Assembly: GCA_977018835.1 (NCBI GenBank)
Contig: OZ361257.1
Location: 930,001 to 994,000, forward strand
DNA: 64,000 nucleotides
DNA from: Minutocellus sp. GHC0000111
Taxonomy: Eukaryota
Direction of reading: 5' to 3'
In this document: one piece after another, positions 46,701 to 57,513 of the stretch
Position numbering within the stretch: the first letter of the stretch is position 1
Layout: each line of letters begins with the position of its first letter
Program-made: the position numbers and the translations under genes
The notes under the pieces: generated by a model
Databases searched by the model: none
Told to the model about the DNA's origin: nothing
What the model saw: the letters and a program-made list of their open reading frames with translations, nothing else

Positions 46701-49372
46701 TTGATGCAATTTTCTCCTGCTGATCCACGGGGAGGGGGTCTCCATCCTGCTGTAACGAGATCAGTCGATGCTCTCGAAACTTGGAGTACATACCACCAGT
46801 CGATAGCACCGGCCTTGGCAACTCGTGACCATACCAAACCTTTTGGACCGCTCACATCAACAGAGGTAGGGTCAAAGCTACCTCTTTGAGTTGGCCACCC
46901 AGTCTTGGCGGTTTCAATCCATGTCGCCAACATCGAAGCTACAGGAATGTGCGCGCCGACAATTGTCCACTGCGGGACTTCCCCGTTCCGATAATTACTG
47001 ATACCGCTGACAACAGAATTTGCCGGCGAACGTTGTTGTCCACTACCAGTCCCTCTTCCCGTGACTTGCGACGAGTTATCTCCATCTTCATCCGAAGGCT
47101 CGCAACATAAGGCTAGGACGAGGTCTCTCTGCGCATTTCCAACTCTCTGTCGTCTAACAAGCCACCTTTGGGCTTCCCAGACTGCTCTCCCCACCACTTC
47201 ATCTACCGACCTGGACTCCAGGCTCTGACTTTCTTCGTTTTCAGTCTTTGGATTTTTGCTCTCGCTTTCCAGGTGCGATTGTGCTCCCTCCACTCTTATG
47301 GTGGAGTCTGAGGTCCGGAGAGGTGGTACTGCCATTTCACTTACCGAAGCCGCAAACCTGAGCATGGCAGCGGGCAGGACTTCAGGAATAATAGGGTGAT
47401 TCCAGGGTGTTGAGCTGCCATCACCCCGTCCCCCTGCGCTGCTTGCGCCAGGGGTCGATACCCCTTCATCTCCCTGAGTGAGCAGCCGCCCTCCAGCCTG
47501 CGGGTTCGAGCCCAAAGAGTGATCAGTAACTTCTTCCAGTTCTGGGGTACCGCCGAGGCTTTGTCGAAAATTATGCCCAAGAAGCTGCGCCATGTGCGCC
47601 TGTTCCTGAGCTTGCCACGCTGCTCCGGCGACAGATCCCATGCCGACCGTCGATACTGACATTCCATCATCTTGCTGATCTGACATCATACTCGTAGAGC
47701 GCCTCGGTATGAGGTCGGTTCTACCGTTTGCAAGCCACCTACGCCTTCGTCGTATCTGCGATTGCCAAGCAGGCCCAACGCACGTCGTCGCAAGAGCGGC
47801 TGCTGCCCCGATGGCTTCTTCCCAAACATCCCACGCCGATTGCTCTTCTTCCTCCAAGTTTTCGTCACTACTGCTGCTGTCACTGTCACTGTCATCATTG
47901 ACTACTTCTTCCATAGTCGCTGCAACGGCAATACCTTCTTCTTTTTGTTCTCCTTGATCATTTTCGATTGATTCAACCACATTGTCCTCTGATAACCCAG
48001 ATCCCTGCGCGGCTGAGACTTCATCCTCATCTCGCTCATTGGCTGCCTTTTCTTCGATTTTGACCGTCGATTCGTCAGCTGAATTCTCTGCGATATCTTC
48101 TGCATCTGCATCGTCGATATTCGGAACTGCATCATTGCTACTGGTCTCTTTCGTATTTGTCATCTTAGACGCTCGCATCTGCCGCTCCTCGACGCGAGTC
48201 ACCCATGTGGCATGATAGCGCAAGGCCGCCCCCTGAATGCAAAGGAATATGTCGGAAGGATCGTACACATCCCGCTGCTCCTCCTGCCGAAGCCGTCGTC
48301 TCATCTCTGATCCGAGACCATTGCTTCCTCCGTCATCTTCTACTCCGCCATCCCCGTCCCTATCCTCGTCATTTTCATCTTCCGCGGCGGCAACAATGGC
48401 CTGGTGAAGGACCCGCAATGCCTCTGCTGCACCGATGAAGTCATCCGCATCATTCCTCCAGACCTCATCAGCAGCCTCGGCCACCGAGGGGAGGATAAAG
48501 TCATCATCATCGTCGTCATCGTCAACGTCTTCATCTTCAGTGCCACTCCCCTCGCCAATGTACTCTTCGTCATTATCCTTGTAATAATCTGCGGAGTCCA
48601 AAATTTTGCTATTGGCGGTCCCACGAAAGTCTTCTCCGTCATCCTCCCTATGTGTAGGCGGAGCCTTTACCTCCATATAATCGATCCCTTGCTGCTGTTC
48701 ATACCCCGAAGGATAGGCCTGCTCGTATTGATCATACCGGGTCTGAAGAGGTGCTGGTCCCGGCGCCGGGTTCAACGGCATACCCGTGCTATTGCTGACA
48801 CGAGAGGTCCGAGGCGGCGTGTCTCCCACTGGAACCAGCGTCGGACCGACGGCAACATATGCGGTTGAGTCCATATTAGGAGTAGGCGGTGGAGCTGTGG
48901 CAGCATGCGGTGCAGGGTGTGAATGGTGATGCTGCCCCCCTTGACGGTGATGACGATGATGCTGCTGCTGCATCTCCGCCGCCGACATGGGCATCGGCGA
49001 GGACATGGGAGGGGGCACCACCGGAGTCAGCTGCGCCAGGTGAGCTGGAGACGGCGCGGCCATCCGCTGTCGTTGTACCTGAACATCGGCGAGCGGAACC
49101 AGAGAAATTTGCTGCTGTTGAAAGTGCTGCGGCTGTTGATGCACAGCCCCAGCCGCAGGTGGTCGTTGCACATGCGGCGGGGGGCGAGGAGCGGCCACGT
49201 GCTCAGTGTATTGCGACGGCTGTGCAGGTGAAAACACCTCATTGGCCCTGCTGTCTCCTGCCGGAGCTGCTGCTGGCTCAGACGCCGTCGGCGTCCCGCC
49301 ACTCCTCAACCTATCTCTGGAACGAGAGCTCCTGCTCAGAGTCTTTTCAGACTTCTTCTTGAAGATGGGCAT
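40707..49372 (-). CDS. TSC2: Tuberin/TSC2-like Rap/Ran-GAP protein, ~2730 aa; introns 46150-46338, 42906-43026, 41481-41646
   Basis: The four exons splice in frame (8190 nt). Motifs GWIEVTVRSPT (cf. TSC2 GWAEILVRRPT), THK|IALLF, GGLD, FHSVPLMP..RKRHVGNDVVHIIF. Confidence 0.75.
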
Positions 49373-49846
49373 GATTGCAAGTCAGTGTATGTGGGGACTT
49401 GGTTGGGGCGCCTGAGCCGATGACTTCTTTGTTGATTGTCTTTCTCGCTCGGGTTCGTCAGGTCTGTCGTCGCTTCAGTTGTGTCGTTGTGTCGCTCTCG
49501 CCCTCATTTTGGGTTTGCAGGTTTCCGACGCAAGTTTGCTACTTGGAACTATCGCGGACGGAACTTCTGCCGCTGCTGCTAGGATACAGGTCAATCCCTC
49601 CTAGCTAAGGTGGCTGATGCGCGCAGATATGTGGCTCGGGAGGGAGCTCAAGCAGTCAACATACATGTAAGACGTTGGACAGTTGCATGAGCGAGCTGAC
49701 CATGCATGAGATCATCGAGAATGAGCGAGAGCATGCAGCAGAAAGTGAGAATTTCGGACGTTGTTTCGGTCTGACGAAGATCGGAATAAGGAAGGGAGCG
49801 TCTGATGATCGCAGCACAGCACATCCGCACATTAGCACATTGAAAT

Positions 49847-50866
49847 ATGGCATGGCGGCATAGCGGCAGATCCGCCAGATGGCCCATCGTCATGCTGCTG
49901 CCGTTCGAGCATCTCGTCATTTTGGCCCTCTTGCTCGCCGCGATTGTCCCGGTGGTTGCATCACCATCTCCCGTTTTTCATGGCGAGATATTCCGCAATG
50001 CCCTCCAAACCGCCAGGTTTTCGGTGCGGGTTGGATGCCAATCAGCCCTGATGCCGACGCGGCATCGGCAGCGGTGCCAATCATTGGCCTCGCTGTCTCA
50101 GCGGCGGCGAATGATTTCCAGCAGCAGCAGAACGGCACTGGGTATTGGCTTTGGCCTAGGCCTTCCCATCATCGATGATATATTGGAACCCATTGAATTA
50201 ATGTGGGAGTTCTACACCGCGCGCGATGAGATACAAGAGCAAATGTTGGCAAATGCGGGAAAATTCCTCAAGAAGAAATCGGTCCAAGCACTTGGATTCG
50301 CCGGCGTGGCTGTAGCCGGTGCTGAGGTCCTTGCTCGAGTAGGCTTCATCGGTGATAGGGGGGAAGGTATCGCCGAATATGTGAGAGAAAGTGAAAAGAT
50401 AAAGGAGCGGTTGCGAAAGTTGGATGATACAATAGACGAACAGATGCCCGGTGTGATGGCCAGATCATTCCGATCCTGCTTCCGAAGGTACAGGGCATTA
50501 CCCGAGCGAGCCAAATTTGCCATTGCATTCTCAACCGGTGCAACCTTGCAGCAAACAATAATCAATACAGCCGTCTCGGCAATCAAATTGAGTGTGGGCA
50601 GCTTCGTGGTGTTGGAAACGATGGCTTTCTGCGGCATTATCGGTGAGCCAGGCGAGAGCATAATGGAATGGATTGAAGATCACGACGACGAGCTGAAAGA
50701 ACGATTTGATAAAAAATGGGGAGTGAAAACAAAAAAGTTTCGTCAAGCTTGCAGGAAGTATTTGTCCCTTGAAGGAATCGTCGAGCTTTATGAAGCAGCG
50801 GTTGATGAGGAGAAGGTTGCTACATTTGGAATGGGGCTCGGTATGGTTGCTGGGAGTTTGGTATGA
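49847..50866 (+). CDS. Membrane protein with signal peptide, possibly FUN14-like
   Basis: Hydrophobic leader; two G-x-x-V-x-x-E-x-x-A-x-x-G-x-IG segments; C-terminal FGMGLGMVAG. Confidence 0.5.
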   Translation: MAWRHSGRSARWPIVMLLPFEHLVILALLLAAIVPVVASPSPVFHGEIFRNALQTARFSVRVGCQSALMPTRHRQRCQSLASLSQRRRMISSSSRTALGIGFGLGLPIIDDILEPIELMWEFYTARDEIQEQMLANAGKFLKKKSVQALGFAGVAVAGAEVLARVGFIGDRGEGIAEYVRESEKIKERLRKLDDTIDEQMPGVMARSFRSCFRRYRALPERAKFAIAFSTGATLQQTIINTAVSAIKLSVGSFVVLETMAFCGIIGEPGESIMEWIEDHDDELKERFDKKWGVKTKKFRQACRKYLSLEGIVELYEAAVDEEKVATFGMGLGMVAGSLV

Positions 50867-50906
50867 CGAAAAGGTACAATAAATCAGAACATCCATCGTT
50901 ATAACA

Positions 50907-52901
50907 TTACGCCTTCTTTTTCTTTTTCGCTTCCTTGCGACCCTTTCTTGGATGCGAAGTAGAACTTCCATTGGTATCACACTTTGTGCTCTCGATACCG
51001 AGCAAATCCTTGACAATATCGAGTGCCGCGGGCAGCCCCACTACAATTGCTGCAAGCATAAGTAAGACGAAGATGATATCATCTCGAAGATCCCTGGTTT
51101 CCCTTTCTTCTCCTTGCTGTGCCTTTCGTTCATCAACACCATCTTTGTCTGATGCTGATCTTGGGTCCGCTTCTACGAATGCAGTAAAGCGAGTAGTAAT
51201 ATCCCGTTGAATTTTGGAGTAGTACTGTACCTTCCGCTGATAGGCAGGGTCATGGAGTTTGACGTTTGCAAATGCATCTGACTGAGCATCGAGAATCGCC
51301 GGGACGTGACTACAGAGCACAAATTCCGCAACTTCGATAAATCTTTCCAACAGCGGCAGCCCTTCTCTACCCTGCTCAGCGTTGACCGGTGTGACCTGAC
51401 CGCCTACGCCATCAATCCATCTACCGGGCTCAAGGCGTATCATGGACTGCTTCAGCTCCGAAATGAAATTACCAACATACAATGCCACACCTTCCTGAAG
51501 AGCTCCACCGCCGTGTCTTCTACCATCTCCATCCCTTCGCAGCTTGCCCTGCTGGCACAAAATATCCTTGACATTGCCACCCACCGCCTTGCCGTCCTTT
51601 CCCATTGGACCCAGAAAACCGATAGGGATGGGTCGAGCGGCATCTCTGGCTGCCATCTCATCAAACTTTGTCACAGACCCGCCAATGATGGAAGCCAGCC
51701 CACTTCGCTTCAATAGCATTGAGCGCAAATGCGCAAAGCTTAAGCCCCAAACATTGGTATCCAGCCCAACCGTCAAGTGAACCGAAGTTTCGTTGAACAT
51801 TGACTCGCGATCGCCTTCCTCTCCTCGTGTACTCGTTGTATGAGGAAATCCAGCCGGAACGTAAAGAATATCGCCCGCTGAAACGATAATATTCAGCATT
51901 GGCTGTCCAAGCTCCTCCTGTGTGAGCACGTCTCCTCGCTTACCCCGTGAGAATGGATCTGGTGGTGCTTTGCCTGTTGCATAGGGATTGACAGGAGGTG
52001 GCATATCAAACACTTTCCACCGCTTCTTGCCCTCCGTCTGAACAATCAAGACATCCTGTCCGCCTGTGTGAGGAGGAACACTCACGTCCAGGTTCGGTGG
52101 AGTTACATAGATATTCATGTTTGCGGGTAGGCCGAAGGATGCAGTCATCAAAGTTGAGAGTGCAGCCAAGGTGGGAAATCCGAGCATGGCATGATTAAAG
52201 AACACGGTGCCATTTCATAGTGCTGCCTTGACGTCGGCCCGTGTCATTGTTTGCATAGGAGAGCCATCGTAGTGACCCGATGCGGCTCCAGCGATCCCAG
52301 CATTCTTCTCCCAGCGATCGACCTTGCTGCCGTCTCGGACACTGTCACCTGTTCGCTGACCGGGTATCACTGTGCCATCCACACCTGACAATAAGTCTTC
52401 TAAAGTAAGCAGGCCCGTTGCCCAGCTACCGCATCCGTATCCAGAGCCTGAGGCTTCCAAAACATGTTCCGACCTGATTAATACCGGCCGGCGGCGAAAG
52501 GATGCCTGGAAAGCCTCAGACGAAGCAAGGGCCTCGAGGAATTGATGGGCCGACCGCCCTCGTGACTTGCCCCCTTTATCGCCGCATCCTCCCGCCGAGT
52601 TGAGTATGCGAATGGCCATGTCGACCGAAACATCCGCTACTGGATTGCTACCGAGCGGAGATGCATTTGACTGTTCTGGTGTTGATAATGCTGATGCCGC
52701 CTCGCGAAGATCGCGAATGACCGGGTCGATTTCTGGCGGTGGGGCATCGGCACTCGCACTGGTGTCGGAGTGGCAGCTGGTGATGGAGGCGGATGCTGAA
52801 AAGGCACCGATCAAAATGCGGTGGCGGCGACGACTACGGCGGTGGGCGAGCGTCATGGTAGGCATTGCTGCAGGCCTACTCCGTTTGTCGTTTGTATGCA
52901 T
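50907..52901 (-). pseudogene. JmjC/Cupin_4 (NO66/ROXA-like) oxygenase homologue with an in-frame TGA (52215-52217) and altered HxD
   Basis: NIYVTPP..PPHTGGQDVLIVQTEGKKRWKV, GDILYVPAGFPH, SVHLTVG. ORFs 52215-53036 and 50907-52205 share a frame across a single TGA. Confidence 0.65.
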
Positions 52902-53057
52902 GACCAGTACTCCGTTGCCGCTGTGCGATGGCAAGCAAAGTAGAGAAAGCGGGATCAGCGTAATCCCGATTTGAGCATTTGATTTCAAATCGGCGGCGAC
53001 ACCTTCCCGACCTTCCCCTCGCGTATCTTTCATCAACTACTTTGCCTAACCCCAGCC

Positions 53058-54209
53058 ATGTCATCGGAACAAACGGATCGCTCGCCGAAGCCAGAAGCGT
53101 CCTTGGTACACGATGGCGAAAGCAATGGCGATGGTGATGGCGATGGAGACGAATTGGAGCGTCGAATATACAAGAAGAGGAAACTTGGCGTCGCTGGTGC
53201 CAATTGTAGCATTGCTTTTGCGCCAGGCAGCAGCAACGACAATGATGAGGCAACAACAGCCCTTTCCCCTCAACCACCACCGCCACCACCTCGACAGAAG
53301 CTGCGAGATGTGGTCAGAAATCTGTCCGCCAAGTGGAGGGTGCAGAAACGACGATTGCTAGATGCTGGCACACCCATCGAGGATCACAAGGCAGCCCTCG
53401 TCAAGCTGCGAAGGGCCAACGTAACGGGAGAAGGTGGAGGGAGCATCACTGGATTCGATCTGAACAGCATCGTACAGAAGCGATGGGGTGGGTGGGATAC
53501 CTCGGATGTCGGTGCCATCCGGCCGATGGCCTACTTTGCCATGCAGGGAGATTTGCCGATGATGCGGTGGCTGTACGTCCACGGCGCGTCAACGACCGAT
53601 GATGACGTCGTCTACTGCTACTGGTTTCCCGTTATGGCTGCTGTATTTGCCAATACCAACACTCATGTGGAGGTCTGTCAGTGGCTGTACAGCCATGGGG
53701 CCCAGGATGATGTTTCTAGGAAGTATCTGTCCACGCATAGCGTGTACAAGCCGTATTGCAGCCCATTTGCAGTTGCTTTTTACGACGGAAGCTTCCACAG
53801 ACAATCAAAGAGAGACGTGGCCAGGTGGCTCATACTTCGTGGAGCACTTTGCCATACTACATGTAGATCTAGAAGTACCGACGAATATTCTTCAGACAAA
53901 GTGGACATTACAAGATTGCGGAGTGACCTCACCTACTGCCCTACTAGTACCACGCACAACGAACGGGCCTACCTTTTTGAGTGGGTAGAGGAAATGCTCC
54001 AAAGCAGGGGTGGGTTCGATACTTTTCTCTTGGGCACTGCCAAATCAGTGGGACGTCGTCATCCTCTGAGGATGGTCAGTGGCAACAGGGACATTTTAGA
54101 ACGAATTCATCGTTTCTCTGGAGTTATCCGAGGCAAGGAAGCCCGCATCTTGCGCCAGCTCAAGTCCATGCTACCCAGGGTCGACACAGAGCTTCGATTG
54201 ACGAGATAA
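53058..54209 (+). CDS. Ankyrin-like repeat protein
   Basis: PMAYFAMQGDLPMMRWLYVHGA, HVEVCQWLYSHGA, DVARWLILRGA. Confidence 0.7.
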   Translation: MSSEQTDRSPKPEASLVHDGESNGDGDGDGDELERRIYKKRKLGVAGANCSIAFAPGSSNDNDEATTALSPQPPPPPPRQKLRDVVRNLSAKWRVQKRRLLDAGTPIEDHKAALVKLRRANVTGEGGGSITGFDLNSIVQKRWGGWDTSDVGAIRPMAYFAMQGDLPMMRWLYVHGASTTDDDVVYCYWFPVMAAVFANTNTHVEVCQWLYSHGAQDDVSRKYLSTHSVYKPYCSPFAVAFYDGSFHRQSKRDVARWLILRGALCHTTCRSRSTDEYSSDKVDITRLRSDLTYCPTSTTHNERAYLFEWVEEMLQSRGGFDTFLLGTAKSVGRRHPLRMVSGNRDILERIHRFSGVIRGKEARILRQLKSMLPRVDTELRLTR

Positions 54210-54273
54210 GATATAATTGCGTAGAATCCGCTCTACTACGTAGCTAGCTATTCAGCAAAAGGGCTGTACATGC

Positions 54274-55578
54274 TTAGGCCTTTAGCTTTTTACAATCCGG
54301 CCCGCCATCACCACCATCATCGTCTCCATCCCTTTCTCGAAGCTGCTTTTCATCATCATTTGTAACAGCAGCATTTTTCTCCACTCCAGAGTCCGCTACG
54401 GACGCAGAACTATCTCCCATCTTTCCCTTCTCCTCGTCTATCAAAGCCTCCTTACTCCATGTAGCAATTGGAAGATAATACGTCTCCCTTCCATGCCAAT
54501 ACTTCCGTCGCACTCCCTCCCAGTCGTTTTCCTTGACTTGGATCTGACATTGCGCAAATTCAGTTTCCAGTCCCAACTGCGCCAGCTGAATCTTTACGCA
54601 ATTGCAGGCAACGCCATGAAAAAAGAGATTGTCAGGCGCCAAACCATTGAAGAAGGAATAGATGCCACCCGGCTTGACCAGTATCTTGGCCATTTGCTCA
54701 TGGAATTCCTCCATGTCTGTGTAATGCTCTCCATACGTATCGTAGAATATACCATCGAGCTCCACCTTCTCGGCAATCAACTTGGGCAGAACGTCCTGCC
54801 ATTTGCCAAACTCCACTCGAACGCCTGGCTTCTTATCCCACCCATCGGCAAGCATCTTGGCGTGGACTCCAGGATGGGCTTCGATGATAATGTGCAGGCT
54901 GGGTTCGTACGTTTGCAACGCCGTATCGATAATTCCCAAACCAAAGCCAACATTCATGACGCGCTTTCCCTTGGCACCATCCGACGTAATTATGGAGGCA
55001 TGAGCATCCATCAGCGGACGCTCCCATTCCATCATGACGGCATCGTCGTCGTCATCCAAAAGTAGCGTCCCGTCGGCATTGTAACGAACATTCCTCTGCA
55101 GATAGTCTGGTTTCGTCGATGATTCCCATTCGACTGGTCCCTTTTTCTCATTTGTTCCACTTTTGCTATCTTCGTTGCTGCCATTTTCTGCTGATATCGG
55201 CAGAGCGCCCTTCATACTCCTCATGCTGGCTCCCAGAATCAATTCCGATTTGGTACCAAACTCTACCAATAGATTGGCGATATCCCAGTGCTCGTTATCG
55301 GTGGCGTAATTGCCGGCACACTGGCCCTTGCGATCGACGGCATTCCATGGTGCGCCCTGCTCCAGGAGGAGATTGCATATGCCAATGTGTCCCTTCTCAG
55401 CGGCAGCCATCAGTGGTGATTGTCCCGTCGATTCATCCTGAAGCGATGCCGTCAGCTGCGAGTTGGAGGATTGGTCGAGAAGTGACTTGACATTTGTGAG
55501 ATTGCCAGATGCGCACGCTGCGATCATGGCAGCGTTGTTGTCGGCAGGAGATGATGGTGAGGTTGTTGTCGAGGCCAT
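54274..55578 (-). CDS. RMT2: Protein arginine N-methyltransferase RMT2 (ankyrin + GAMT-like domain)
   Basis: LLEQGAPWNAVD, AVMMEWERPLM, NVGFGLGIID, IIEAHP, GIFYDTYGE, YSFFNGL. Confidence 0.92.
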   Translation of the reverse strand: MASTTTSPSSPADNNAAMIAACASGNLTNVKSLLDQSSNSQLTASLQDESTGQSPLMAAAEKGHIGICNLLLEQGAPWNAVDRKGQCAGNYATDNEHWDIANLLVEFGTKSELILGASMRSMKGALPISAENGSNEDSKSGTNEKKGPVEWESSTKPDYLQRNVRYNADGTLLLDDDDDAVMMEWERPLMDAHASIITSDGAKGKRVMNVGFGLGIIDTALQTYEPSLHIIIEAHPGVHAKMLADGWDKKPGVRVEFGKWQDVLPKLIAEKVELDGIFYDTYGEHYTDMEEFHEQMAKILVKPGGIYSFFNGLAPDNLFFHGVACNCVKIQLAQLGLETEFAQCQIQVKENDWEGVRRKYWHGRETYYLPIATWSKEALIDEEKGKMGDSSASVADSGVEKNAAVTNDDEKQLRERDGDDDGGDGGPDCKKLKA

Positions 55579-55806
55579 TTCTTTCAATTTGCTGGTGCCT
55601 TTGGGCAACTTACATGTCATGTAGAAACTACAGTACTGTAGTAGCTAGCTGCGACTGAGAAATGAGGGGCTCTGCCCAGTCGGCCTGCTTTGCTTGGGCC
55701 CATAACCCTTTCCGATGTACCCATTTTTTCATGAAGATACGCCGCTGGTGCTGAGGTTCATACGCAGCAGCGCTTCATACCCCTCCACACAACACAGCCT
55801 ACAACC

Positions 55807-57369
55807 ATGCCCAAGAGAGGAAACGACAACGCCCAGGTGTCCAAGGAGGACTACGACGACGAGACTGAGGAAGTTGGTGATGACGGTCGCCCCCTCGGCT
55901 CGTCGGGTTTTGCACGTGCCGATGCCGGCCAGTTGCAGAAGCGCCGCATCATCAAGGTGGGGAGACGATTTCGGCAACCGGGCGCTACTGCTGGTGCTGC
56001 TGGTGCAACTCCTTCCCCGGCCATGGCTGCTGCTGCAACTCCTGCTCCGGCCGCGGCTGCTTCTTCGGGGGGCAACCCCTTCGGCGGCATTGCCCTGACC
56101 GCCAGCACTCCTGCGCCGGCAGCACCAACCCCAGCCCCAACTGCTGGTGGGGGCAGCAATCCCTTCGCCAAGGTGAATCTGCTGGGCGCCGCGTCGGCAA
56201 CACCGGCCCCGACCGCTCCGGCCGCCTTTAACTTTGGTGCCGCGTCCAACGTGCCCAAGGTGCAGCCAGCTCCCAAGCTCTTTCCCACAAGTCAGTCGGC
56301 CGCCGCTGCTGCTCCTGCCCCTGCCGCCTCCAAGACCAGTACTAGTAATGGCAACATCAGGGAGGATATCAAGCTCAATCATGACTACTTGACGCACGTC
56401 GTTGAGCAGATCAAGGCCAACCCGTCCAGTGACCTCAGCGCGGCCTGCAACGAGTACCATAAGATGGCGGAAGCAATCGAAAAGAAGTTGGGCGGAAGTA
56501 GTACCGGTAGAGGTGGCGATCAGGACAGTGGAGATGAGGAGAAGAAGGTAGAGGACAGCACTGGCAGTGGCAACGGTGCCGCTGCCAAGTCCGCTGGTGG
56601 ATTCAGCTTTGGTGCATCGGCTGCGGCTGCTCCGGCACCTGCTGCCCCCTTCAGCTTTGGAGACACGTCCGGTAGCTCGACCAGCGCTCCGAGTCCTGCC
56701 CCCGCCGCCGCCGCCTTTTGCTTTGGAGCTGCTAATACATCCGCGCCATCCCCGGCTCCCGCCGCTGCTGCAGGTGGAGCATTCGGCGGATTTAGCTTTG
56801 CCGCGGCGCCTGCTCCTGCCCCCGACTCGGCCGCTGGCAAGGCGGCCACCACCGCCTTTAGCTTTGGCAATCCCGTGGCCGCACCAGTCCCCGCCCCTGC
56901 ACCTGCCGCGGCGGCCGACGACGAAGGCGATGGCAACGGTGGCTTTGCCAAGGAGGCACCTGCCGAGGTCCAGCGAGAAGAAAATAAGGATGAGGACGTC
57001 CTCTTCGAGGTTCGGGCTCAGTACTCCAAGCATATCGAGATCGATCCCGAGGATGCACCGGGCAAGAAGGGGTGGAAGAAATTTGCCAAGGGACCGCTCC
57101 GTCTTCAGCGTCACAAGGAGAACGGCAAGTGCCGCATGCTCATGAGGGATTCCATTGGCAAATTTATGCTCAATCTACCCATCACTCACGGGATGAAGTT
57201 CAATGGCAGGCGTGGTCAGGGCAAGGCCTCGGACAGGGGATACATCACATTCACGTCAGCCAAGAATGAGTCGGAGATGGAGTTGTACATGCTCACCTGC
57301 AAGTCTGTCGATTATGAAATTTTCTTGGCCAAGCTAGAGGAGATGGCCAAAAGCGCTCCTGCCAGCTAA
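55807..57369 (+). CDS. NUP50: Nucleoporin Nup50/Nup2 (N-terminal importin-binding motif, FG repeats, Ran-binding domain)
   Basis: MPKRG..QVSKE..FARA..LQKRRIIK, NPF and FSFG repeats, EDVLFEVRA..WKKFAKGPLRL..RMLMRD. Confidence 0.88.
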   Translation: MPKRGNDNAQVSKEDYDDETEEVGDDGRPLGSSGFARADAGQLQKRRIIKVGRRFRQPGATAGAAGATPSPAMAAAATPAPAAAASSGGNPFGGIALTASTPAPAAPTPAPTAGGGSNPFAKVNLLGAASATPAPTAPAAFNFGAASNVPKVQPAPKLFPTSQSAAAAAPAPAASKTSTSNGNIREDIKLNHDYLTHVVEQIKANPSSDLSAACNEYHKMAEAIEKKLGGSSTGRGGDQDSGDEEKKVEDSTGSGNGAAAKSAGGFSFGASAAAAPAPAAPFSFGDTSGSSTSAPSPAPAAAAFCFGAANTSAPSPAPAAAAGGAFGGFSFAAAPAPAPDSAAGKAATTAFSFGNPVAAPVPAPAPAAAADDEGDGNGGFAKEAPAEVQREENKDEDVLFEVRAQYSKHIEIDPEDAPGKKGWKKFAKGPLRLQRHKENGKCRMLMRDSIGKFMLNLPITHGMKFNGRRGQGKASDRGYITFTSAKNESEMELYMLTCKSVDYEIFLAKLEEMAKSAPAS

Positions 57370-57513
57370 GTGAATGGTTCGGTATCATGTCCTTGCTATC
57401 GATGATAAAGAAGGCTATCAGAATCAAAGGAATATGTTCAACATCTCTATATTATGCGCTAGCTAGCATAGCAGTACTCGTTTTTCTATTGGTAGCATTC
57501 AAATTTTCCTTCC

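Noticed and set aside
55729..57114. 461-aa minus-strand ORF (also 30088-31086, 18464-18904, 60193-60759, 13477-14325)
   Set aside because: Antisense shadows of genes with strong codon bias or low complexity (NUP50, TPI, RPL21, RPL32, NCBP3-domain gene).
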